A DNA stretch of 64,000 nt from the human T2T-CHM13v2.0 reference genome, Homo sapiens. Position 1 is the stretch's first letter. Every line of letters begins with the position of its first letter. Location: the NCBI RefSeq assembly GCF_009914755.1, contig NC_060932.1, one strand, 5' to 3'. The notes beneath the pieces are model-generated. The model was not told the origin of the DNA, made no database searches, and saw only the letters and a list, made by a program, of their open reading frames with translations. Below are positions 28,088-43,102 of the stretch, one piece after another. A program made the position numbers and the translations under genes.

Positions 28088-28198
28088 GCTTCATTTTGTG
28101 TAATTTTCATTAATTACTCCTGACAGGCATTTATAAACATTTATAAGGCTTCATTTTGTATTATTTTCATTAATTACTCCTGACAGGCATTTATAAAC
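28088..28198. repeat. Local tandem duplication, 51-bp copies, period 60
   Basis: gcttcattttgt...ctcctgacaggcatttataaac at 28088 and 28148 (2 mismatches). Confidence 0.96.
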
Positions 28199-28699
28199 TG
28201 AAAAAGAATTTTTTTTTTTTTTTTTTTACAAATGAAAGCAAACCATTTTATTCAAAAATAAAGGAGGGAGAGACTGCTTAAAAAGAGTTTTGATGTTCTT
28301 TATGTGATTTTTTTAGCTATCATATTTAAGAACACATTAAACATTCTAAATTAGATTATTTTTGATCTAGCACTTTAGAAACCAGCTTAGCTCTACCAAT
28401 ATAGCATGAAAAGCATCAGTGAGATCATAACTATCTTCAGCACATTTCCCACTATTTTTAGGATTCTAGAGTGACGTTAATTGTGCCTCATGGCAATGCT
28501 ATTAGTGTACAGAATATTTCTAACTGCTCAGAGTAACGTGTAATCGTCCTATGTCTGCCATGAAAAGACTTCTGGATCATCTATTTACAAGGGACATGAT
28601 TGGGTTAGCTGGGAAGACACAGGACTGGGTTAGCATAAACCAAAACAAGCTGCCTAAAACAAGCACAAAAAATCTGATGACTGGTTCAGCTGGAATTGA

Positions 28700-29209
<510 letters not shown>

Positions 29210-29509
29210 ACAGTCACTTTTTAACATTAGAATGTTCACGTAATAATTTGAGAATCTGGAACAAATTTCCTGTTTAATTTGTGGCTTTATAGAAATTGCT
29301 GGAGTGATAATAGTTGAGGTGTATGGAAGTTAAGAGGGAAGCTGTATATGACATTTAAATATCATACACCGTTCTCAGGATGTGTTGATTTTACCTTATT
29401 GCTAAGTTGCCATAGTCAACATTTACCATAAATATTAAACAATGTGATAAGAATCATCATAAATACCTAAAAATTAGGTTTGCAAGTTTTACTATTGTAG
29501 TGATTTATT

Positions 29510-30210
29510 CGAACTTTATTGAGTGCTAGTCATTGGCCAGGGAAACCCATGACCCAGCAGCGTCCGTCCCTGTTGAGGCAGTCCAGTATTTTCTGAGTAA
29601 GTATTGATGGGGTTAAAAGCTGAAGATAAATAGAAGGTTGCCAGGCCCAGGTGGTGATGATGGTGTTCATGGATGTGGGATGCTGTCTTCTAGGCAACGA
29701 ATTCCTGTGGGATGGAGTAAGCCAAGCCTGCTGGAGGGGCCACCAGGGCCCCTGAGGAACACAGAGCCAGAAGGAGAGCACGCAAGTAAGACTCAGAGAT
29801 GCTGGTAGGAGCCAGCCCACGCAATTCCAAGTAGGCCATGGCAGGAATTTAGCTATTTATTTTTAGGAATGATAGGATGCTTTTTGAAAGGTTTCAATCG
29901 ATGTGAAATATGATCACTTTTACATTTGAAAAGATCATTCTGACTTCAGATGGCAGATTGGTAGGAATAAGAATGAATGCAGGAAGACCAGCTTACGGGT
30001 TATTGCAGAAATCTGAGAGGAGATGGCTGTTCGGTCAGGGAAGATGCCAGAAAAAAGACAGGTGCAGTGGCATGTTTGGGAGATGCTCAGAAGGAAAAAA
30101 CAAATGGACCTGGCAATGGATGGAACATGGGAGGGACGGGGAATGTCGTGGGCCATTTGGGTTTCCTCTCCAGCGCAGGTGCATGGAGACCAGATTTGGA
30201 CATGCTGTTG
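29510..30210 (-). mobile_element. L2 LINE remnant; boundaries approximate
   Basis: tttattgagtgct 3' end and gtaggccatgg...tttgaaaagatcattctg motifs. Confidence 0.68.
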
Positions 30211-31495
30211 TCAAGGACCTCACAAATCAGGGGGCGATTCTGAAACAGGTGAAGCTAGCCTTCCTGCCTGGCCACTTGGTTTTCTACTCTCCATCTGCAT
30301 CCCAGTTCCTTTTTCCTGTTACAATTGCCTCCAGGAAGGATCATTGATACCTCACTTTGGGTTTCAGCAGCTTATATCTCTATGGAGTGTTTTAATTCTT
30401 CATGATAAAAATGCTGCTTTTGTCAGAATTCAATCAGCAATGGAGAGGAATAAGTCTCTTTAGGGGTGAGATTCTTCACAGGAGCCTGCACCCTTTCAGG
30501 GAAACCATAAGAAAGTTCCATTTCAGTTAACAAATGCAAAATAATACTGAGATTGAAAGAAAATTAGAAAACCTATTAGCTTTTAATATACTTTAAGCCA
30601 GAGTTATAAAATACGAAAATTATATCTAAAAGACTGAAAAGACTTTCTTTAAAAAAAGTCAAGTGTATCTTTACTGTGTAAAATATGAAGAAACTTTTCA
30701 ACAGTTCCTTACTTTAGGAAGTGAATTTCTTTTTCTATATAAAATGATTGATTTTCTGTAAGTATATTTTTGAACCTCTAAATGCTTCCCTTATACTCAA
30801 TGAATTAAATAAAATATAATTATTTTAGTTTAAATTTCTCGAATTTACTTAGGGAATGTTTGCATCAAATGGAAAAACAAAATAACGCAGACATTAAGAT
30901 TTAATAAGTATGCTATGCATAGATCCAATTTTTGTATTAATTCTTTTGAATTTACGACAACATTTTATTATGGGGATACTTTATATCAGAAAAGTTAGGA
31001 TTTCTCCCAGGAAAATGAAAGTTATTTTATGGTTCTTTTAAAATTAATCTTGACCATTTTCATAAATTTTAATTGTAAAATAGTATAGAATACCTATTTT
31101 AAATAATGTTTAAGGTTATGAAGATGTCCAAAAATAACTGTATAACAATTTTAAGAGCATTGTAAGCTGGCAAGACTACACGGAGAGGCCAGGGTACAGA
31201 GGACATATCGCATCCACACTGTGCTCATATTGCTTGCTACAGTCTCATGAGGAAAGTCTCGAGCAGCACCCCGAATAATCGAATTATCTCTCAACCTCAG
31301 TTCCTTCTCAGTACAACAGAGAAAATAATACCTACTTGTCTAAATAGCAAAGAATAAACGAATAGTATATGGTAAAATAATCCTGTTCATTTTTTCCCAT
31401 AAAGTGTTTAATAGGATAGTGATAGTGCAATGCAAACAACAAAAGTTTTTTTCCATAAGTTTAATTAGCGGAAACACATTGCCACAAAATATTCA

Positions 31496-31718
31496 CAAGA
31501 TGAGCATCGCAAAGTCGAAAACCTCAAATCCAAAATGATCCAAAACACCCAAACTTTCTGAGTGCTGACATAAAGCTCAAATCAAACACTCATTGGAGCA
31601 CTTAGGATTTGGGATGTGTAACTAATACGTATAATGCAATGATTCCAAACTCCCTGCAAAATCAAAATTTATGAAATAATTCTTGCCCCAGCATTTCAGA
31701 TAAGTGATATTCAACCTG
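31496..31718. mobile_element. Tigger4a/MER46-like TcMar DNA element
   Basis: Termini caagatgagcatc...gatattcaacctg followed by TA; internal ctcattggagca. Confidence 0.85.
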
Positions 31719-33354
31719 TATCTGCTTTATGCTTCTTTATGTAAGCTAATGTGCATTCTGAATTTCTAAAATTGAGATTAAGCAACATTTTTCAAGTGTA
31801 ATTTTTATAAAGGATTTTTTAACAATCACTTATGGGTCATGAAACATACTTTATAAAATGCTGTCAAAATGCAATCTCTGCCATATCCTGGGTGATTTGT
31901 AAAGGTTAATTTTGCTTTTCCTTCCTGCTTAGCTCCATCAGTTAGAATTTGGTGACGGATTCGAGGCTGAGTTCAAACCTGCTACCAGACAGCTACCCTC
32001 AGTGCTATTCCTAGAATTTCTTAGCTCTTACAAGCTAAAGGCATCAAATTGGTCTATATTTCTATCAAAGAAAATCACTAGGTTCTAACTGAAAAGAGGA
32101 AAATGAAAATCTAGCAGATGCCTTGATATGCCAAGATATAATTTGATAGCATTATCTAAGAATTCACAGCATAGTAATCCATCTGAAAATCTGCGAGGTT
32201 TTTTTTTTTTGAAATGAGATGAAATACATTTTTAAAAGCACATTGATTCTATCATTTAAATGACTGAAGAAATATTATCAGTTGAGAAATAAAATACATC
32301 TTTAACAACGTGAGAATGAAGGCAGAAAAACAACAGTATTAAGATACTTAAAATGTGTGTGTGTTTTGGGGAGGTGGGGGAAGGGGGACAGCAGTATCCC
32401 AGAACAGAAAGGAAGGATGGAAATAAGAAAGAAAGGAAGCAAGGAAGAAAGGAATAGAAGGAAGGAAAAAGGTCAGATTTAATAAATTTCTATACAGCAA
32501 AGGGTCAATTTCAAAGGTGTTTGACAGCATTAAGATGGCACGTAAGTCTCCGTGCCCCACGTTCAGGTTAGATTTCTTTTCATTTCTCGTTACGTTTCAT
32601 AGCTCTACATCAGAGTCACACTCTTTTTATAAATGAAATGGGAGTCGGACAGTGTAAAGATGACGTGTTCAGTTTTTAGTTTTTCATCATATCTTAGGCT
32701 ATGCATATTTTTCAGGAAGCTGATAAATAATAAGGTGGCCTTATTTTTACTACAGTGACCAGCTGCCTTTGACTGACCCAAAATACAGACCACTGAGCTA
32801 TGGCTAACAATGCCTTATGTCATACTGACTCAGCGATGAATCAATCAATTCCACAAACATTTACTGAAATGTAAATGGCCAAGGCACCCAGGACCTTAAA
32901 AATCATAATAAGAAGTTAATCTGTGGGAAAAGAGTAACTACAAAAGCATCTAAACAAGAGCAGGATGTGATGTAATGTGTCCCCTTATCACTTTAGTCAG
33001 TAAAGATAAGAAAGCCCTGGTGAGTATCCACTTCCACAAACACACAGAATATACACTTTTGGAAGATTTCCACTTAACCACTTGATTCTTCACTTTTTTA
33101 TGATTTAAAACTCTCCGTAGTATTATATTATGAAGCACCATCACTAAAACGTATTTTTCAAATTAATAATCTTTTTTAACTCTAACAAAGTATTTTTTAA
33201 CCTAATAATCAGCTTAAGTGAGGGTTGCAGTTTGACTTCAAAGTAACAGGTAAGTACAATTATTCTCATGGGATTCCACTGAGCTTAAGACAGGAAGACT
33301 CCGAAAGCAAGTACCTTGCTCAAAGACTAGTCCCTAATAAACAATAGAGACTTT

Positions 33355-33687
<333 letters not shown>

Positions 33688-34913
33688 TCAACTGATCATG
33701 ATTTTTTTTTCTGACCTCCTGTATTTGATACTTTCCCTGACTGAACTGGCTTAAGGCAGTATTGTTTCTTGATTGTACATTCATCGTAGAGTTCTTTGCA
33801 AAGTCCCCCTTTGGAGCCCTCATCTTGTATTTAAGCAGTTATGAACAGTGAAAACTCTGCTGCTGCATGTTTATACTTCACTGGGGTTAAATACGCAAAT
33901 AGGCCCTTGCTTGGAATCAAGATCTGGTCTTTGTATTATTGTCAACTTATGAGCATATGCTGGCTTTAGTCTCTTATGACTTTAAGTTGGATAAACTTAA
34001 AATGTTGGATAAACTTAAAATGAAAACAAAAGTCCAAACTTAAATGTGTAAATAATAACAGTTTAGAGTTGAATTATGGAATTACAGATGATTTAATTTT
34101 CAGTTTTCTGTTTCCACTCTCTGGTTATGTTATAAAATATTAAAAAAAATCTTCATATACTATTTCACCAAATACACTGAACCATGGCATTTGGAGGCTT
34201 TATGAATAAAGAAGGGGTTAAAATATATAACCATGGAGTAGAATAGTAAGAGATAAAATTCCTTTAGAAAGGTGAGAGACGAGGGTTCATATTAAGTTCT
34301 TGGAAACTGATATTCACTTTTGTTGTGTGTGTAAGTCATCCATAGGAACTTACATAATTACCCCAATGTTGTATAAAATTATAACCTCTATAACCAAGCA
34401 TATAATAAAATTATTAATAATTCATATTTATGTAACCTATACCTGAAGGTCAGTAAAATTGCTAAACAGCAAAGATGCTGCGTAGCAGCTCCATCAGTCT
34501 TTCTGTTATTTCACAAATAGTGAGTCAGTTGTTATCAGTGCAGCCTGGTGCATTTTCCACCTGAGACACACGTCATCTCATGTTCACTTCGTGAAATTCT
34601 ATTCATCTTACCTTTCTCCACTTCATGCCCCTTCTCCAGGAAAACGTTCTAGAGCCTCTTTGGGTAACTTGGGTTTCTCATGACCCTGGGTTTCCTGATC
34701 ATAAAACACCAGCCATCCCTGTAATCACACGCTGTGGTCATAAATGTGCACCTCCTGGCTGTGCTTCAAGAGAAACTGTGGTCAGAAATGCAGTTGACAG
34801 ACAGCCTCCACCTGCCACCCTTGGGGTCCTCGACTGCATATCCACAGAGGCCTCGTGCTTGGGCCACCTCCACGTGGTGACTGCACCCTCCAAGCTGCTC
34901 CAGGAAGCAGCAT

Positions 34914-35480
34914 ATGCTGAGAAAACCGCGCTCATCTCACCGCACTTTCTCAGTTCCATGCTGCAAGAAGCAGCAGCAGCAAAGCTAAGAAGCCATGTTT
35001 GCTCATTTCCTGCCAAAGTAATTTCACAAAGCCCCTGACTATGTGACGATGTGCAGTTCTCTAGAAAGTTGTTTTGAAGACAAAACAGGATACAGCACGT
35101 GGTCTCCTACATGTGTTGCCTGAGTCATTATATTTCTTCCTGAAAGATAAATGTTCCTAGTCCTTGCCTTTTCCTACACAAAAGATCATGTCTGATGGGC
35201 TTAGCAATTATGCTTCTGCAATCTATAACCAAATGTATTTTAGTAACCTATAACTGAATATCCTCTGACACCCAAACTTTAACATGATTTTGCATGCATG
35301 GAAACCTCTGCTACCTGTAGATACAGTGTGAGCTAAAACACTGTGCTGGAGCGGTATGGCAGAGCCTCCCTGAAAGCCTTCTCCCACGGTTTAGTCCTCA
35401 TGTGACAGTCCTCAGCAAGACTTCTGAATAAAACAACCTTAACTCTTTACAAGCAAGATTTCATTTTTTGTTAGTCGACA
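34914..35480 (+). mobile_element. ERV1-class solo LTR (MER67/MER34-like); 5' boundary uncertain
   Basis: aagccatgtttgctcatttc and tttgaagacaaaacaggata motifs; gtcctcagcaagacttctgaataaaac poly(A) region; ends ttagtcgaca. Confidence 0.75.
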
Positions 35481-35859
35481 ACACTGTGGTTTGAGACTCT
35501 TCGGTTCCCATCTTTCCTTCCTCCTATTCTTCAGAGTGCTGCACCTGCACTGTAGCCTGAAGACTTCCTAATGATTCTGCCTGTTCCTCTTCTGTCCTTC
35601 ACAAGAGATGTTCACCAGCAAATCTCTTGGACATCAAATCCCACAGTGGTGTCTCTTCCTCCTAGGACTCAAACAGGTTCACTTATCAAAGATCCGTTTT
35701 CTCTATTACATTTTCTATGGACAAAGATTAAGTCTTCCACTGTTCTAAATATTTCCCAAGTCTTACACAGTGCTTTGTGTGTAGTATATATTCAACCCAT
35801 ACCAATCCACAGGAATTACAAATGATAACAATAAAATGATATTATTAAATGAAAACATC

Positions 35860-36500
<641 letters not shown>

Positions 36501-36509
36501 AACATCACT

Positions 36510-36715
36510 GAAAGCTTATTATTTTGCAGACACTTTACCTGTGATCTCTCATTTGACTTGATGAGGCAGAGGTTATCAACATACCTGTTGACTGCTGAGG
36601 GGATGGAGTCCCAGAGAAACACAGTGACTTGTTCAAAGCCACACAGCGCATATGTCATGAAGCCAGAATCTCAACCAAAGCAGTTCATCCACAAAGGCCA
36701 GGCGTTTAGACACTG
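36510..36715 (-). mobile_element. MIR SINE
   Basis: gtgacttgttcaaagccacacagc...gccagaatctcaacc. Confidence 0.7.
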
Positions 36716-37889
36716 CCAGCCCCTCACAACGCCCAACCGGTAAACGAAGAGAGTTAAGGAAGCTTTAAAATCACAGAAAATAAATAAATAGAAAAGGAAG
36801 GCCGTACATATTCAATGCAGCCAGCAAAGAGACGTCAATTACATGAAGAAGATGGAAATATGTTCCCTGATAGAGGAGGGAAGAGTGTAGGAAAAGCTGC
36901 AGGTATCGTTAATTAAGAGCAGAAAACATACAAGGAAGCATGAGCAGTAGGAAGAAACTAGAAACAGACACTTGAGCCAAGTCCTGGAAGAAACGACACA
37001 CCGGTGTTCCACACGGGAAATACACAGGCATCATTACGCGAGCAGAGAGAGGACAACCTGCTGGAGTGGAGGACTCAGCAAGGTCAGTGGGAGGCCCCCA
37101 AGAAATGGGAAATGGAAGAAGTGGCACACCAGAGCCCAAAAGACTGAGGCATGAACCTAGCCCTCAAATTAGTAAATTATTTTAATTCTTTAATCAGAAG
37201 AAGTTGAAGTTATAATTCAACTCAAACTGTAGAGATTGAATTCATTAGAAATCTTATCAGTCGTAAAACAAACCTGGAGTCAGTAAGAAAAGATAACTTT
37301 AGTTATTAAATAAGTATACATGAAATGGAACAAAAATGAGCATATCCTGACTACTGAAATAATATCTTTAAAAATTTAAATTTCAGAAATTTAGGACACA
37401 TCAGAAATGTCAGATTCTATGGAGATCCAACTCAACAGCAAGTCACGCCACTGGTGTTCAGGCCCAGAACACCATCAGCCAGAAATCCTACACTGACCTT
37501 CAGACAGATGCATGCTGGTGGCTGTTAGCAGAGTCAAGAATATATATCCTAAAAGGTATATCATATAAATAAATACAGCAGATCATTTATTATGTTAGAA
37601 TATCAGGAAGAATTCAAATGCCTCCAAAATACCCACAAAAACCTTAGTAAGTAACCTCCTTTCCTTCATAATAAAAATAAATGTATATATAAAAAAATTA
37701 ACTCTACTTTCTTAAACAGAAGTTGTCACAGGTAAGCAAAATCTATCCTGTAGGTATGGTAGCACTCACATGCACCATGAAAATTCCGGTGTTTTAAACA
37801 GTGTTTTATTTGTATTAACCAACTCCAAATTTGGGAGATTTCTCATATGAATCTGGCTTTCTGGAATCTCCTAAAAAATAAAAACAATG

Positions 37890-38440
<551 letters not shown>

Positions 38441-39099
38441 TTACAAAATTTAAAGGAAATTCCTCCTTCTTTAATATGCAAATTGCAACTGTAGAAAATG
38501 TGACCTGTTGACATGTTAACATGACTAGACCATCGGTGCAAGCCCTGTCCTCAATGTTTCTGTCCCCAATGTGTGGCCCTGTCCTCAATGTTCCTAAGTA
38601 TAAGACTATCTAGGATATCTGCTGAGAAGACTTGGAGTTGCGAAGTAACAAAAGAAGTGTCACTTTATTTAAAATGTTTCTTCTGTAGCACAGTTCCACA
38701 GAATAAATTCCAGCAGAAGACTAAATATATTGTTTTAGCTGTTGAACATCTGCAGATTCCCAGGAAAATGAGGAGTTACGCCCATGGAGTTGCAACTCAT
38801 GGAAGCCCAGTTAGCGAACATTCCTAGCATATCTTAAGTATGTCATAAGCATATTTAAATAAATTGATGAGATAATGGTCTTCCAATATTTATATTCTAT
38901 AAAATGAACACGTATAAAAGGTTCAGAAGATAATGGTCAAGTCATTGTTGAGCTTTCAAACATTTTTCTTCACTTCCTTCCCCTGGACATGCACAAGGAA
39001 AACAAGCACAATATCCTTACAGATAACAGTTTTATAATTTTTAAATCTGCTCAAATTTTAATTAGCATACAAGCAGATAACATTTTATATATTTTATTT

Positions 39100-39248
39100 T
39101 GTCTGTCTAGGCTGCTATAAGAAAAATAACATAGATTGGTTGAATTAAACCACAAATATGTGTTGCTCACTGTTCTGGATAGTGGAAATTCAAGATCAAG
39201 GTGCCAGGGGATCTAGTGTCTGGTGAGGGGCCTGATCCTGGTTCAGGG
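39100..39248 (-). mobile_element. MaLR LTR fragment (MLT1A/MST-like)
   Basis: ggctgctataag...ctcactgttctgga...caagatcaaggtgcca...gtgtctggtgaggg. Confidence 0.82.
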
Positions 39249-40224
39249 ACACACATTCATTCCATGACATACTTTATCTATTATAATTGTGACTCGATGT
39301 TCGAAACAGAAGCATTCCAAATTTTATAAGCATAAATACTGATAATCAATACAGAGAAAAGTAAGCAAATCCAGGTAACAGTTAAGTTTTGTCACATAAA
39401 CTAATCTGACACTTCACTGAGGAAGCAGATAATTCTAAAGTCTATAGTACCTGAGTAAGCTAACAATGAATGCATACCCTGATAATAGTGAGGGCATTTT
39501 GATGGATCTGAACATGGAGCATAATGACTGTCATCAAAAAAGAAATCACTAGAACAAGCACCTAGAATTTAAAATATTTAGCTTTTTCACTCACTGTGGG
39601 ATGCGTCCAGCATTTACTTTGCTGCTTACTATTTTTTCTGTGTCTTGTTTGTTTACGTAGCTTAATTCACCCATTTCTCTATGATATAGTTAATAGCGGC
39701 TTTTCTAGTGTTATGAATTTTTGTGCTCAAAAGAATGTGGGTGCCTTGGCATGGGGAACCCTTGGAGTTACTGTAATGATAGATGTCTGTCATCTTCAAC
39801 AAAATGGATTTCAAGGCCTAGATTTAAGATAAACACTGAAGAACAACTTTCCCTGAGTGCTTTCTACCCAAGAATCTTCTCACTTTTATTAGAAGTACAG
39901 CTTCTTATCACTCAGCCTCAGACTGATTTGACTTTCCAATGATGAAAAACAATAACAATAGCTTTTCTTATTTATGTTCTATGTAATAACTTCAAGGGAA
40001 ATTGGATTAAGAATGCCTCATTCACAATAGTGTGCAGAATATTGAGTGAACAAGTGTAACTGTAAATTTCTAAATCAGTCTTAGGCAGTGATGGCTAACC
40101 AGTCTGCCTAAAAATGGCTTGTAACAAGCCATGTGCAGCTGTGGTATGCCCACACTTAACCTCTTCATTTTACCTTGCAGTGGAATAATTCAATAGCAAT
40201 TTTTTCAAGTAAAATATAGATTTT

Positions 40225-40585
<361 letters not shown>

Positions 40586-41111
40586 TTTAGTCATTCCAGA
40601 TTTTCTTCTTCTGTTGAAAGAAATATTAAATTTTCCTCATAGAAATAATGTTTTTGTTTCAATGAGTGAAAAATTATTTCCATTTACTATTTCCTATTAT
40701 TCTCAGTATAATCTATATTTGGGTCTATTGAACTATTGTTTATTAATTCTATTTTACATATAACTTTAGCGAAACCTCTTATAAGGTATTTTGCCTATGA
40801 GATATATTAACTCTGTTCTTCCTCAATGCAGTTATCCAGAATTGTACTTTCCAGGAATATACATCACATGATGTGAAGATAAGAATGCATCTTGCTATCA
40901 GCACTGAATGATGAGATTGATCCATCTACAATAGACCATGCTAGTCAAAATGTATACATTCAACAATGTAGCTATGAAAATTTCACTAAAACACTGGTAG
41001 CTGGCACCATCTAGTAAGTTATTGACAAAATACATTTAGAAAGGAAAGCCATTGGCTCATTATTAAATGTATGACAAGAGTCCATGAAAATGGTTTATAA
41101 GAAATTTAGTT

Positions 41112-41505
<394 letters not shown>

Positions 41506-43102
41506 TTATTTTAATGAATAAAATCGTATGTTTGTTTGCAAATTGTTTCAGCAAAGTTATCTGGGCCTTACTGTATGAAGATATAGGTCCATCTTTTCTT
41601 TAAAAAATATTGACTTGGCTGAATGTTTTCCAGCAATGAGAAAAACTCAATTTAGGAATGAGAAAAAGTCAATTCAGGAATGAACTAAAACTTTAAAATA
41701 ACTCTAGCAATCGAGACTTTAGCAGTCTCTGGAGAAAACATCACTTTCTCCAATGAAATCCTGTATGTATTTTTCAAGGTATTAACTGGCGTCCTACGGA
41801 GAAGTATTTGAAAAGGGGGCTTCCATAAATAGCTTAAATTTATTAATCTGTATTTTAAAATGTATGGCTTTGAAAATAAATCACAGCATCACAGCCCTAC
41901 TCAGAGTATTCCATGAATGTTTACAACATTACTTTTATGGTAGCATTTATTTGGTTTATGTCACAGAGCATGAACAGTGGGGATTGAATATAAGTGAGTG
42001 AATGAATGGTTTCATTCACTACAATTGTAACGATTGTGTTATTTCTCAGAGCTTGTAAAACCCAATAATGTTTATTAAAAGTAAGCAAAACAAACAAGAA
42101 CAAGTGAAACATGCACTTGGAAGAGACCTCTGTTGCACCAGGAATTAGACACAATGGTGCAGCTGTGGAGAAAACAACAACAAATGGCATTTTTTTCCTA
42201 CCTCGTCTCTTTTCTTGGAAGGAGGAAGAAAAGAGCAATTCCAATGTACTACTTCTTCCCACTCCAACTTAGAAATCGCAGGTAGACTGTGAAAACAGAC
42301 CTTTATTTCTTCATTAAGTGTCTGAATTAGTCACAAAATTGAGCTTGAAAACCCCACAGAAAGAGTGCTCTGTGCAATTATTATGAGATGATGCTCCTCC
42401 TTTCTCCCAATAAAGGACGAAGGTTCTTCTGCCCAGATGCTGATTTTCACAATACATTATAGCTGGGCCAATTCTAATGTTACTTACTGATATATGCTAT
42501 CTACATTGCACTTATATTAAACTATTGCTGGTCATAAAATTATCGTATACCAGAAAGGAAAAAAAAAGTGAGGCAGCATGAGCTAATGAATATTTCTTAT
42601 TAATTCAGACTCTACATAAGCATGCTGAGTAAGAATATTTAGTCTTTTCATTTTTTAATGAGTTCACTTAATCAATGACCTGAAATTGCACTTTCTGTCC
42701 ACGTAACAGAGATTCTTACAGCACAAGGACTGTTATTTAACTTTGAGTATCAGTGATTTTCACAGGGCTGGATCAGAGCCCATTCTAAAATGTGCTTGTT
42801 GCATGTGGACTGATACTGTAAAATGTGAATGCTTGGTTAATGCAAGAATAAAAATAAAATACTCATATTCAACAGCACGTTCACATCTAAGATGCTTTGT
42901 GTGTCTTTTTAAAAAAATATATAAGTTATGGGATACATGTGCAGAAAGTGCCAGTTTGACACATGGGTATACATGTTTACTGCACCCAACAACACATCAT
43001 TTACATTAGGGATTTCCCCTAATGCTATGCTATCCCTCCCCTTACCCCACCACCCGAAAGGCCCGTCTATGATGTGTCCCTGTGTCCCTGTGTTCTCATT
43101 GT

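Noticed and set aside
29910-30463. Overlapping 145/146-aa ORFs
   Set aside because: They overlap an L2 remnant, have no recognisable domain and show no splice or codon support
32368-32470. G-rich/purine-rich tract as a G-quadruplex or triplex
   Set aside because: Only three G3+ runs and an imperfect mirror; common low-complexity sequence
33986-34022. 18-bp doublet gttggataaacttaaaat, and similar micro-duplications near 13508, 23830, 38542, 43831 and 61175
   Set aside because: Ordinary slippage events at the density expected for primate DNA
34625-35038. 137-aa ATG ORF
   Set aside because: Runs into an ERV1 LTR; no recognisable homology
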